Shown here in pieces: positions 47,314 through 56,997 of a DNA stretch of 64,000 bases (positions are counted from its first letter, which is position 1; every line of letters begins with the position of its first letter). Below the pieces are notes generated by a model. That model was given only the letters and a program-made list of their open reading frames with translations, was not told where the DNA came from and ran no database searches. The stretch lies in the IMG/VR virus record IMGVR_UViG_3300020165_000007, positions 124,001 through 188,000 of that record; one strand, 5' to 3'. The translations under genes were made by a program, and so were the position numbers.

Positions 47314-50300
47314 GCCTCAGTCCAAGATATTCTACATTTTACATTACCCGCTTGTGAACCGTTATTCTTAGCGAATATTGTTAAGGTGTCTGGACCGTCA
47401 GGGAAAGAGTTAGGACCCCCTAAAACACTATTACTTAAATCTCTAACGTCTGATATGTCAAGAGTGGATGATGTGGCTCTCGTACCACCTTCGTCTGTAA
47501 GGAACAGTCCTATAACATCACCACCAATAACCTCAGTATTATCTGTGTGGTCAACGTACTGTGATATACTTCCATTACCCGCAGCATCCCAATTACTTTC
47601 AGTTTCGAATAATGTTGATTCTCCGTTTATTTTAACAGTTATCGTAAACTGACCTGTAGCAACAACACCTATTGTTTTTAGTGTGACTAAAGAACGATTG
47701 ATTAAGTTTCTAACTCCATAAAACCCTGGAATACCATAATCAACGCTAGGTGCTAATCGAATTGTTAATAACGCCTCTTCATTCCCCGCAGTAATTGTTT
47801 TATTACCCGCATTTGACGCAGTAAATAAGTATGATTTATCCACATCAAATTTACCGTCCATAATTACTGAGACACCCCAGTGACTTAAAGTAGGTGAAAA
47901 GTTTTGATTAACGGATAACCAAGTATCATTAACAGAACCTGTAGTATTTCCTGCTGATAAAAACCCTACATTTCTATTAACTAAATTAAGTGTAGTATTA
48001 TCACCAGATTCACTTCCTTTAGTATATTCTATATATTCATTATTAATGTTTATAGTACCGGCACTTGGTAAATAATACGCATCTTCAGTAAGTATGTCTA
48101 ATGTTGTTGATGAGGTGGTCATTGAAGATTTTAAGTAACCGCTTTTAGAAACTGTATTAATTTCAAATCTAGCAGGTAAGTTACCTGTCCTCATATAAGC
48201 CTCTGTGTTAAGATTATTATTTACAAATTCATGAAAGTAGAACACTTCTCCTTGCGTTCCTCTCATACCGTACCTAATTTTACCCGCACCGTACCATGAA
48301 TAATCTAGGAATACCATTTGCATTTTTGATGCGTCAAATACATAACCAGAAGGACCGCTACCATCTAAAACATCTAAATTAAAGTCAGACCTTTTAACCC
48401 TTTGTTCTACAGTCTTAACGAGTTTTATTCTCTCTACTGTCGAACCTTTATAGTCAGGTGCTACTGTTATCTGAGTGTCACTATCAATGGATGTTATATA
48501 ATAAGCTTGACCTTTAATAACTACAAAATCACCTTCATATAGTTGTGTGGTAAATTTAGTGCCGTCACCTGTAACTATAGATGAATCTGTCGTTGCAGTT
48601 ATAAATCCTGATATCTGAGTAGTACTATTTCTTTTTACGCAGTATAACTCATCCCCATCATGCTCAAAGAATAATCCGTTCTGTTGGTCGAATAGACCTG
48701 ACCTTACAACTGCATCATTCCACTCATTTACAATAATTCTAATAAGACCACCAGGATTAGTATCGGTAGGTACACTTCCTGAATCTATTGGTATTTGTAG
48801 TGAAAAATCTTTAGGACTTGATACTCCATTTATAGATGTGCCACTAACGTTGTATGGGTTTGAACCGCCACTAACAGTAAATCCTTCTAATGTTATTTTA
48901 ATCGATTCTAAATAATCTCCAGGTAGTTTAAATCCGTGTACTTGGTCAGTCTCAATAAACATATCATAATATGGATATGTTGTAGCGTCGTAATTACTTG
49001 TATCTACACTGTACAGAAATACATCATAAGTTGGTTTAAATAGGATACCAGTACTGAACTGTATACCTTTACCTGATTGGTATCTAAAGTACCCTCTAGT
49101 CTGCCTTACAATTTGACAATTAGGTGAATATCCCTCAGGGCTAATTTGAACCCCTCCATCAAAGTATCTATGTATTGCACTTCCATTATTTCTAACATAA
49201 ACTTTAGTTGTGGAATCCGAAACTGTATTAGAGTTCGTATAGTCGCTATCAGACGCACCTAAGAACTCAACTTCAGTATTACTTAATACTTTAGTGATTT
49301 CAAAAGAACCTATCCAATCCGTATCCGAAGATGCGGAATCCACCACATAAATAGTAGAACCTATAAATAATGAGTGGTTGGTTGAAAATGTGACTTTGAG
49401 GTTACGTCCTCCACTAACACGAGATACGGAGGTAAGAGGTAGTTCGGAGGAAAAATAAAACCCTCCAGTATAAATGACAGTATAATCAGTTTTTTGGTTA
49501 CCTACATATGTTGTTGGCGAGTTAGGGATTATACCAAACGAAGTCGAACCTGAAGTACTTACAATTAGGAAAGATGTGTCTAAATATGTAGGGTCTTTAG
49601 TTTCTTTGAAAATGATGGGTTGACCAACATAGAAAGGAATTGTTGGTGCTACCGTTACTGTAACTTGCAGACCGTCTCTTGATATAGTATCTAGATTTAA
49701 TGAAAACGCTTGTCTTGTAAAATATGGTGATGTGGTATTAACTGTCGGTGACCACGATAATATTCGTTCAGATGTTCTTGGGTCGTCTAAAGCGACTATA
49801 GTTGCCGCAGAACCGAACTTCTCGTAATGACACTCAATTTTATTTTGACCTTCAAAAAACTTGACGTAAACAATTTTATCAACTTGGCTTTGTGTACTAG
49901 AACCATTAGGGGCATACTCTGCTTTCCAAATAAACACCCTATTTGGTGAAGTACCTGTACTACGTTTGGAGTATTTAGCTACCTCCATATCAGTACCAAA
50001 CATCTTCAATATTGGTCCATATGCGGTATTTCCAGGGTAAGACGATTGACCTATATTTGAAATGTCTCCGTTACCCGTTGCTCTAGTTCCAAAAAATAAC
50101 ACACCGTTATTATTACCCCTTACAGTATTAAATGTAAAACCATTGACAGTAACATTAAACCCTATACTTCCATTTCTAGATGCTGAAGTATCATTATTGT
50201 CAGGATTACTAAAGTTTTCTATCGTGGTAAAACTCGCACTTTCTAAAGAAGTGTCGTAAGTAATACTAGTCGTATTTGCTGGTGTTACTAAAGTCGAGGG

Positions 50301-50765
50301 TGATATTGATGTTATTTGTTCCGCGGTAAATGCTGGTTCGTTAGCTTTTTGATATATACCAGGTATGTTAGCTTGTAGTTGAACAGTTTCCCATTTTGTA
50401 GGTTGTAAAGAATATTCAAAGTCGGTATCAATAAGTGATTGTGGATTACTTACTCTCATCTTATCCACAGGGTCACTATATGGACCATCGGGTACTATTT
50501 TTTGACCTCCCTTATCAGCATATATTTGTAAATAATCAGTATCAGACATGGTCGATGTGTCATACTCTAAAGTCAATGTAGTAAGATTTGTGTCTTTGTC
50601 ATAAGTGGCGCTACCTCCTCTACCTTGTTGTGCAAAATTATATATTATAAGGTTATCGGTCGTGTTAGTTATTAATAACCATTCTTTTACATTGTAGTTA
50701 CCTCTAACTATAATTTTTTTCTCACTTGCATCGAAAGTGTAATTTTCTAATAATGTTTTAGCCAT
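47304..50765 (-). CDS. Large virion structural protein (tail/baseplate-associated)
   Basis: 1153 aa, beta-rich and S/T/G-rich; YTFDAS N-terminus, RVSNPQSLIDTDFEY, RYQSGKG and WYGAG motifs seen in large-phage structural proteins. Confidence 0.7.
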   Translation of the reverse strand: MAKTLLENYTFDASEKKIIVRGNYNVKEWLLITNTTDNLIIYNFAQQGRGGSATYDKDTNLTTLTLEYDTSTMSDTDYLQIYADKGGQKIVPDGPYSDPVDKMRVSNPQSLIDTDFEYSLQPTKWETVQLQANIPGIYQKANEPAFTAEQITSISPSTLVTPANTTSITYDTSLESASFTTIENFSNPDNNDTSASRNGSIGFNVTVNGFTFNTVRGNNNGVLFFGTRATGNGDISNIGQSSYPGNTAYGPILKMFGTDMEVAKYSKRSTGTSPNRVFIWKAEYAPNGSSTQSQVDKIVYVKFFEGQNKIECHYEKFGSAATIVALDDPRTSERILSWSPTVNTTSPYFTRQAFSLNLDTISRDGLQVTVTVAPTIPFYVGQPIIFKETKDPTYLDTSFLIVSTSGSTSFGIIPNSPTTYVGNQKTDYTVIYTGGFYFSSELPLTSVSRVSGGRNLKVTFSTNHSLFIGSTIYVVDSASSDTDWIGSFEITKVLSNTEVEFLGASDSDYTNSNTVSDSTTKVYVRNNGSAIHRYFDGGVQISPEGYSPNCQIVRQTRGYFRYQSGKGIQFSTGILFKPTYDVFLYSVDTSNYDATTYPYYDMFIETDQVHGFKLPGDYLESIKITLEGFTVSGGSNPYNVSGTSINGVSSPKDFSLQIPIDSGSVPTDTNPGGLIRIIVNEWNDAVVRSGLFDQQNGLFFEHDGDELYCVKRNSTTQISGFITATTDSSIVTGDGTKFTTQLYEGDFVVIKGQAYYITSIDSDTQITVAPDYKGSTVERIKLVKTVEQRVKRSDFNLDVLDGSGPSGYVFDASKMQMVFLDYSWYGAGKIRYGMRGTQGEVFYFHEFVNNNLNTEAYMRTGNLPARFEINTVSKSGYLKSSMTTSSTTLDILTEDAYYLPSAGTININNEYIEYTKGSESGDNTTLNLVNRNVGFLSAGNTTGSVNDTWLSVNQNFSPTLSHWGVSVIMDGKFDVDKSYLFTASNAGNKTITAGNEEALLTIRLAPSVDYGIPGFYGVRNLINRSLVTLKTIGVVATGQFTITVKINGESTLFETESNWDAAGNGSISQYVDHTDNTEVIGGDVIGLFLTDEGGTRATSSTLDISDVRDLSNSVLGGPNSFPDGPDTLTIFAKNNGSQAGNVKCRISWTEAQG

Positions 50766-50771
50766 ATTTTC

Positions 50772-50849
50772 TTTAGTATTATGACATAGCTATTGATATA
50801 GCTATGTTTGTTTAGTATTATGACATGGCTATTGTCATAGCCATGTTTG
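50772..50849. repeat. Two tandem 39-bp copies, each a perfect 10-bp inverted repeat
   Basis: ACATAGCTAT-tgat-ATAGCTATGT and ACATGGCTAT-tgtc-ATAGCCATGT. Confidence 0.9.
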
Positions 50850-51201
50850 TATTATCCATTAGGTCACCGTATAAGACCCAATTATCGGTTGATAGTTGTT
50901 TTAATTTGACAACCGAACCTTCTTTTTCGGTCATTAGGTCTGCTTTTGATGTGATTGTTACACCCTGAGCACCCACAAAAGTAATCTGACCTGTATTTGA
51001 TTGCTCTATTGTTATTTCACCTGACGATGTAAACTCTACTGATGAGTTCGCAGGAACAGTAAACACTGAATCAGTAGTTCCTAAATATTCTATGTATCCT
51101 CCAACATCATCATTTGTAAACTGATATGTTGACCTATCACTTACAGTTGTTATGCTTGATGGAATTGGTTTTATTTCTACACCCGATATTTTAAGCCCCA
51201 T
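50818..51201 (-). CDS. Small tail-fibre-like structural protein
   Basis: TVPANSSVEF...IEQSNTGQITF..GVTI...WVLYGDL pattern. Confidence 0.65.
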   Translation of the reverse strand: MGLKISGVEIKPIPSSITTVSDRSTYQFTNDDVGGYIEYLGTTDSVFTVPANSSVEFTSSGEITIEQSNTGQITFVGAQGVTITSKADLMTEKEGSVVKLKQLSTDNWVLYGDLMDNTNMAMTIAMS

Positions 51202-51294
51202 ATAATTACTCCTTTTTAATAAGTACCTTAAAAACCATAATAAAAAATTTTTTATTTAAAATATTATACTTATATTTGTATTTGTATTCAAACC

Positions 51295-51368
51295 GCGCCC
51301 ATAGCTCAGTTGGTTAGAGCATCCGACTCATAATCGGCAGGTCCTAGGTTCAAGTCCTAGTGGGCGCA
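51295..51368 (+). tRNA. tRNA with CAT anticodon (likely Ile2/lysidine type; elongator Met possible)
   Basis: CCGA-CTCATAA-TCGG; C4-G69 and C5-G68 pairs; no initiator features. Confidence 0.85.
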
Positions 51369-51381
51369 CAAACACATTACG

Positions 51382-51858
51382 ATGAATATTTTTATTTTAG
51401 ATACCGATGTTAAAAAATGTGCTGAATATCATAACGACAAACATGTCGTTAAGATGATACTTGAAAGCGCACAACTATTATGTGGAGTTCATCACATGAC
51501 AGAATCTAGTATGGATTACGTACCATATAAGTTATCTCATAAAAATCATCCTTGCTCGATATGGGCTCGTGAAAATATGTCAAACTACTTATGGTTATGT
51601 GAACTTGGTCTTGAACTATGTAAGGAATATACATACCGTTACGGTCGTCGACACAAATCACAGGAGGTTATTGAATGGTGTATTGAAAATCGTCCTAAAA
51701 TACCTGAAGATGATTTTACTACCCCACCTAAGGCAATGCCTGAAGAATATAAAGTAAATGATGTTGTCCAGTCATATCGTAATTACTATATAGGTGAGAA
51801 AAAATCTTTTAGTAAATGGAAAAATAGAGATTCACCTGTTTGGTTTAATCTAAATTAG
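51382..51858 (+). CDS. Pyrimidine-dimer DNA glycosylase/endonuclease V-like protein
   Basis: MNIFILD...HNDKHVVKMILESAQLL...HKNHPCSIW...PKAMP...YRNYY. Confidence 0.8.
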   Translation: MNIFILDTDVKKCAEYHNDKHVVKMILESAQLLCGVHHMTESSMDYVPYKLSHKNHPCSIWARENMSNYLWLCELGLELCKEYTYRYGRRHKSQEVIEWCIENRPKIPEDDFTTPPKAMPEEYKVNDVVQSYRNYYIGEKKSFSKWKNRDSPVWFNLN

Positions 51859-51968
51859 TAATTACATTTACGTAAAATAAACTATTATGATTTACATAGC
51901 TAATTTAATACTTACAATTTATGCGGTGACGATTACTTACTCTGTTATAAAATTAATCAAAATAAATA

Positions 51969-52328
51969 ATGAATAAATACTTTCAATTTTCAGGTACTAT
52001 TAATGGTACAAATTACTTTCTAAGAAATCTGTTGTCTACTTTTATCGCATTTGGCGGAGGGTGGATGATTGGTTATGGGTTGGCTACAGAAGCCACATAT
52101 CTTTTTATGTTGGGGTTATTACTACTACTTCCAACTATATGGTTTAATATCTGTACAATATTTAAAAGGTCAAACGCTTTATTTCCACAACAAGCGATAT
52201 GGATTACAGTCGGTATGATAACCTTTCAGGTACTCGGAGAGATTAATGAATTATTTTCTATCGTCCCTCTTATTATGGGATTGATTCTTTTGTTTAAAAA
52301 TTCTAATATAGAAACACACGAAGGTTAA
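51969..52328 (+). CDS. DUF805-like membrane protein
   Basis: [10 protein letters not shown] start, multiple TMs, KR motif. Confidence 0.6.
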   Translation: MNKYFQFSGTINGTNYFLRNLLSTFIAFGGGWMIGYGLATEATYLFMLGLLLLLPTIWFNICTIFKRSNALFPQQAIWITVGMITFQVLGEINELFSIVPLIMGLILLFKNSNIETHEG

Positions 52329-52335
52329 ACCTTTA

Positions 52336-52420
52336 GGAGAGATGGCAGAGCGGTCGAATGCGACGGTCTTGAAAACCGTTGTACCGAAAGGTACCGGGGG
52401 TTCGAATCCCTCTCTCTCCA
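52336..52420 (+). tRNA. tRNA-Ser(TGA)
   Basis: ACGGT-CTTGAAA-ACCGT; GTACC-GAAA-GGTAC variable arm. Confidence 0.93.
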
Positions 52421-52441
52421 CATAATTTAAAAATTAAAAAA

Positions 52442-53113
52442 ATGGAATACGGAGAAGATTTTAAAAAGTATGCAATGAGTGACCATAATATCTCATCATT
52501 TAATATGGATTATTATGAAAAACAAATTAAAGGTTCACTCACACCATATATTCTTGAAGAAAGGGAAATGAGAGTTACTCAGATGGATATATTCTCTAGA
52601 TTAATGAGGGACCGTGTATTGTGGGTGGCCGGTGGTGTTGATGACCGTATGTCAACAGTGGTCCAAGCTCAACTAATGTATCTTGACTCTGTAGATAATT
52701 TAGATATTACAATGCATATCGATTCTCCAGGTGGTTCAGTTAAATCTGGTTTGTCTATGGTAGATGTGATGCAGTATATTAAATCGGACATTGTTACTGT
52801 AAATACGGGAATGGCAGCTTCTATGGGTTCAGTACTATTAGGTGCGGGGACTAAAGGAAAAAGGTCGTCACTAAGATTTTCAAAGACAATGTTACACCAA
52901 TCTAGCGGAGGGGCTTATGGAAATATTCAAGACGCTAGAATTAATTTTGAAGAGTGGGAAAAAGTTAATAAAATTCTTTTTGAATTACTCGGAGAGTTCT
53001 GTGGTAAAGACCCAAAACAGGTTATTGAAGACTCCTCAAGGGACTTTTGGATGGACGCTAATGAAGCACTTGAGTATGGTATTATCGATGAGGTGATAAA
53101 AGTTAAGTCGTAA
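52442..53113 (+). CDS. clpP: ATP-dependent Clp protease proteolytic subunit
   Basis: DIFSRLMRDR, IDSPGGSV, GMAASMG (catalytic Ser), MLHQ (His), RDFWM (Asp); start at MEYGEDF. Confidence 0.95.
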   Translation: MEYGEDFKKYAMSDHNISSFNMDYYEKQIKGSLTPYILEEREMRVTQMDIFSRLMRDRVLWVAGGVDDRMSTVVQAQLMYLDSVDNLDITMHIDSPGGSVKSGLSMVDVMQYIKSDIVTVNTGMAASMGSVLLGAGTKGKRSSLRFSKTMLHQSSGGAYGNIQDARINFEEWEKVNKILFELLGEFCGKDPKQVIEDSSRDFWMDANEALEYGIIDEVIKVKS

Positions 53114-53199
53114 TCTTTAAAATATTTTAGTAAGAATATTGTTATACTTAGAATTTTAATATATTTATCGTGTGTATAATAACGTTAATATAGTAAAAA

Positions 53200-53823
53200 A
53201 TGGATTTTATAAAAATTTTAGAGGTGTTACTTACTTCAATTACTTCAATTGTAGTAGCTTTGGTCGGTGCTGGGTTTTTTAAGAGATATAATGATAAAAA
53301 AACAAAATTAGAATCTAAGGGTACTTTACTCGCTCAAATTAAAAAGGATGAGATAGTTCATTTAGCGATAAGAGATGTCAGACGTAGATATAATGCGGAT
53401 AGAGTTTATGTATGGCAATTTCATAACGGAGGGTATTTCTACACTTCATCCCCTATGCAAAAATTATCAATAACCTATGAAAGGTGTTCCCAAGGACTAG
53501 AAAGAAAATCTGAAAAAAATCAAAATCATTTAATAACTAACTTTACCACGTATATAAAAGATGTGATGGACGGTAAAATGTATTTTCCAGATATAACAAA
53601 ATTACAAGATATTGGATTGAGGTCATTGGCACAATCTCAAGGAACTACTTCTCATTGCGCGACTCCTATTTACGATAAACAAGGCCATTTAATAGCTTTG
53701 TTATGTTTAGATTGGGTTTGGAGTGATATACCCTCTGAATTTTTAAAAAAGGACGGAACGTTCACACAAGATTTTATAGATGAGTTTAGTAAAGATTCTG
53801 ACACATTAGACCCTTACTTATGA
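53200..53823 (+). CDS. N-terminal TM plus GAF-like domain, candidate T4-T-like holin
   Basis: TM helix, then ADRVYVWQFHNG...PIYDKQGHLIALLCLDW. Confidence 0.55.
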   Translation: MDFIKILEVLLTSITSIVVALVGAGFFKRYNDKKTKLESKGTLLAQIKKDEIVHLAIRDVRRRYNADRVYVWQFHNGGYFYTSSPMQKLSITYERCSQGLERKSEKNQNHLITNFTTYIKDVMDGKMYFPDITKLQDIGLRSLAQSQGTTSHCATPIYDKQGHLIALLCLDWVWSDIPSEFLKKDGTFTQDFIDEFSKDSDTLDPYL

Positions 53824-54053
53824 ATGTATTAAACGCATATAAAAAAAATTACAGTATAATAAAAGTTATTATATTATTATCTATATTATCTGTAGTTAAT
53901 ACGTTAGAGGGGTTTTTATACGCCGAGTATGGGTTTTCTAATGTATTTATATTTACAGAAATATTTAGCTTTGCACTTACTATGATAATAGTGCTTGGAA
54001 TATGGTGTGGGTGGGAAAAAGATAAATGTACTACTTACACTAAAGATAAATAA
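53820..54053 (+). CDS. Small two-TM membrane protein
   Basis: Two hydrophobic helices; overlaps the upstream stop. Confidence 0.55.
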   Translation: MNVLNAYKKNYSIIKVIILLSILSVVNTLEGFLYAEYGFSNVFIFTEIFSFALTMIIVLGIWCGWEKDKCTTYTKDK

Positions 54054-54055
54054 CT

Positions 54056-54883
54056 TTAGTAAGCTCGTATACTAACCTCAGGATTATTACTTCCGTATGT
54101 TGATGGTTTTTTTTGAATTCTATACCTTGGGTGATTTAATGTGATACCCTCTAATCTTATTGAAACGAAATTTGTGTCATACCCTCCCCATTCGTCTTCG
54201 AATAGTATAGTATCTGCAGTGTTATCAATAAGCATAATCTCACTATCGTACTTCTCAGATATTGTTTTAAAGTCGTTTACTGAATTATATTTACCTATAT
54301 TATTTTTAACTTCATCAACAAATTCACTATTTTGAGTAAGTACTGTTGAATAAACGATATCGATAGATTCCTCATTATCATCAATTTCTCCATCTCCTTC
54401 ACATTCAGGACATTCATAATTTCCATCTCCTGAACACGCATCACAGTAAACATACTCATCTCCATTACAATCTGAACATGACTCATCATCGTCATCACTA
54501 CCACACTTATCACATGGTACTTGACCATCTCCACCACACTCATCACACTCTACTTGACCCTCACCTCCACAATAATCACAATCAGACTTATTAAAATACT
54601 CATAACCATCGGATTCCATAGTATCAATCATAAATATGTTATCTGTTTTTCTAACTGCTTCGATATCCGTATCACCATTTAATAAGTTATAAGCCGCAAA
54701 TATACCTCTAACCATTACAATATCTTCAGTGTTTTCTAAAATATTAAAAGTTATAACGTTTTTTAAAGATACTTGAGCGATATACGATACTGAAGGTTTT
54801 TTACCTTTAATTCCTTTATTTAATAGTTCCATAGAGACCAATTGAGCCAAAACTTTACCTATTTTTAAAATATTTTCTTCCAT
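54056..54883 (-). CDS. Protein with DnaJ-type CxxCxGxG zinc-finger repeats, no J-domain
   Basis: CDYCGGEG, CDECGGDG, CDKCG, CSDCNGD, CDACSGDG, CPECEGDG. Confidence 0.75.
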   Translation of the reverse strand: MEENILKIGKVLAQLVSMELLNKGIKGKKPSVSYIAQVSLKNVITFNILENTEDIVMVRGIFAAYNLLNGDTDIEAVRKTDNIFMIDTMESDGYEYFNKSDCDYCGGEGQVECDECGGDGQVPCDKCGSDDDDESCSDCNGDEYVYCDACSGDGNYECPECEGDGEIDDNEESIDIVYSTVLTQNSEFVDEVKNNIGKYNSVNDFKTISEKYDSEIMLIDNTADTILFEDEWGGYDTNFVSIRLEGITLNHPRYRIQKKPSTYGSNNPEVSIRAY

Positions 54884-54934
54884 AACCTAATAATACTATA
54901 AATAGTAAGTATTTATATAATATACGATAGTAAA

Positions 54935-55174
54935 ATGGGTCATATTAGAAAAAATATTAAAAGGGTTTTAAAAGAGTACGATAAAGAGGAATTATTTGAC
55001 TACACACCAAATTTTTCCGCGGATGAATTACTCAAGTATATAGAATCAGAATGGGACGTAGAGATGTTGAGTTTAGTTAACTCAAAAATAAATGAGAGGA
55101 TTGATTTCTTAAACCGTATTGCTGACATGAGTGCCAAGAAAGAAGTTAAAGGTTTTAAAAGATATGAAGATTAA
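54935..55174 (+). CDS. Small protein with IKRVLKE leader
   Basis: MGHIRKNIKRVLKE; GTATTTATA upstream. Confidence 0.7.
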   Translation: MGHIRKNIKRVLKEYDKEELFDYTPNFSADELLKYIESEWDVEMLSLVNSKINERIDFLNRIADMSAKKEVKGFKRYED

Positions 55175-56087
55175 ATTAATCGATATACTATTAGAAGAAG
55201 TTACTGAGTCTCAACTACTACCGTCACCAATCGGACCTACTAGTGAAACTTCTTCGTTTGGTTCTCGTTCTATCGGTGGAGTAAGGGGTCAACATAACGG
55301 TATAGATTTACACTCACCTGTGGGTACTCAGATACTTAATCCGGCTAGTGGTAGAGTTATAACAGCAAAAAAAGTCGATGAGACATGGAATGAAGTACTT
55401 ATTAGAACAGAAAACAAACCTAATGGTAATGATAGGTGTGGTTCTCGTGTTGTCATAGAACATACATCAGGAATACTAAACGGTCTAAAAACTATTTACT
55501 GTCATTTGTCAGAAATAAATGTGGGTAAGGGTGATGTTATTGAAGAAGGTCAATTAATTGGTCTTACAGGTGGTAAACGTAATAGTAAAGGGTCAGGTAG
55601 AACTATCGGTCCACACTTACATTTAGGGGTTAAAAATAATAATGAACCTTTAGACCCTAAAAACTACTTTTCATTCAAACGGGGAGGTCTTGGAGTGTCA
55701 TCCGTACAAAGTAATAGTACAAATACAGGAACCACTAAAAGTTCACCTATAATACCTTCGGAGTACATTAAAAATAATTTAAAAAAGAAGGCCATAGGTA
55801 AAAATAAAGTTGAAGTAAATAATCAACTTAAAGACCTTAAAAATTACCTTTTCTACGATATTAAGTGTGCAAGAGCGTTTCCTGTAATATATGTACAATG
55901 GGAACCTAACCCACAAAATGAACCTGAACGGGTTGTATTATTTGGGGATTTGCAAGATGGTACACCTTATCAAGTGATTCCTGTAGAAAAAAGAGGTGGT
56001 GAGTGGGGATTTATTGATTCTTCTGTAGGTGAATGGCAAGAATTTTCAGAATCTAATTGGTGTACGAATAAGTACAGACTTAAGTAA
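55164..56087 (+). CDS. M23-family peptidoglycan endopeptidase with novel C-terminal domain
   Basis: HNGID, YCHL and GPHLH motifs; start MKIKLIDILLEE. Confidence 0.88.
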   Translation: MKIKLIDILLEEVTESQLLPSPIGPTSETSSFGSRSIGGVRGQHNGIDLHSPVGTQILNPASGRVITAKKVDETWNEVLIRTENKPNGNDRCGSRVVIEHTSGILNGLKTIYCHLSEINVGKGDVIEEGQLIGLTGGKRNSKGSGRTIGPHLHLGVKNNNEPLDPKNYFSFKRGGLGVSSVQSNSTNTGTTKSSPIIPSEYIKNNLKKKAIGKNKVEVNNQLKDLKNYLFYDIKCARAFPVIYVQWEPNPQNEPERVVLFGDLQDGTPYQVIPVEKRGGEWGFIDSSVGEWQEFSESNWCTNKYRLK

Positions 56088-56329
56088 GTAAAACCTAAAA
56101 CCGTTAATTTATTGTTTTTATTTAATAATGTGATAGGTTACTAACTATACTATTTTTAAGTTTTTAATATATTTATATGTAAATTCATAAACTTAAAAAG
56201 TATTACTGAATGGTTTAAACATATTTTTATTAAAATAATTTTGTTTATAACCAATCCCTACCCTATATTTACTAAAAACAATTACACTGTAGAAATACTC
56301 GTATATTTACTTTTTATAAAAAATTAAAA

Positions 56330-56545
56330 ATGATGGAAAAGACTGGTAGTATTAAGTTTCTTAACCAAGAAATTAAAAAGCTTGAAAAAATCAGAAGTGA
56401 ACTTCAGGAGAGATGTCTCCATAAAGAAACGTCAATTAAATTTATAACTACGGATACTACTCCAAGACTTATCTGTAGTAATTGTGATAAATCTATCGGA
56501 TATCCTGATAAGGAACAGTTAGACGTATTTCTTACAGGTCGGTAG
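56330..56545 (+). CDS. Small Zn-binding hypothetical protein
   Basis: CLH...CSNC. Confidence 0.6.
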   Translation: MMEKTGSIKFLNQEIKKLEKIRSELQERCLHKETSIKFITTDTTPRLICSNCDKSIGYPDKEQLDVFLTGR

Positions 56546-56803
56546 CGTTTTTTGTTTTTATGTCCTAATATTATTACGTATAACCGATTTTAAGGTTGTT
56601 ATTTAAACTATCTTTATCTTTACATATACCGATAAGGTTTATGTTAGTTTCGTTTAATAACGACTCTCTTTTTGTGCCTAACTGTATTATATTTTGATAC
56701 TTACTGGTGACTCCGTAATTTTTATTTATAATTATTACATAAAAAATAAACCCCCCACTATTGTGGAGGGTTTATTACTATTCTAAAATACTTTTACTTA
56801 AAG

Positions 56804-56983
56804 TCAAAGGAGAATACCTTTATTTAAAATCAAAGGAGACTCATCCTTGTTTGATTTAACATAAAACAGTTTTTCTGTTTCTTCAATAATCAATTCCTTA
56901 TTACTGTAACGTCTTGGGTAGTTTTTGTAAACATACTCCGTAACTTTTTCTTTGACTTCCTTGTCCATTGTAATTGTTTCCAT
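56804..56983 (-). CDS. Small hypothetical protein (59 aa, not in the ORF track)
   Basis: METITMDKEVKEKV...NKGILL*; hairpin terminator near 56746-56773 follows. Confidence 0.6.
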   Translation of the reverse strand: METITMDKEVKEKVTEYVYKNYPRRYSNKELIIEETEKLFYVKSNKDESPLILNKGILL

Positions 56984-56997
56984 TTTCTTTTTTTATT

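Noticed and set aside
52379-52441. N-terminal extension of ClpP in the ORF track
   Set aside because: Overlaps tRNA-Ser(TGA); ATG 52442 is the plausible start
4523-53113. Cellular (bacterial) origin suggested by clpC, dnaK, clpP, rmlC and tmRNA
   Set aside because: These genes lack their usual operon partners and sit among dense hypotheticals, virion-like and lysis genes and a tRNA array, which fits a large phage; no capsid or terminase gene is in this window, so this remains an inference
54056-54883. DnaJ co-chaperone
   Set aside because: Only the Zn-finger repeats are present; no HPD-containing J-domain
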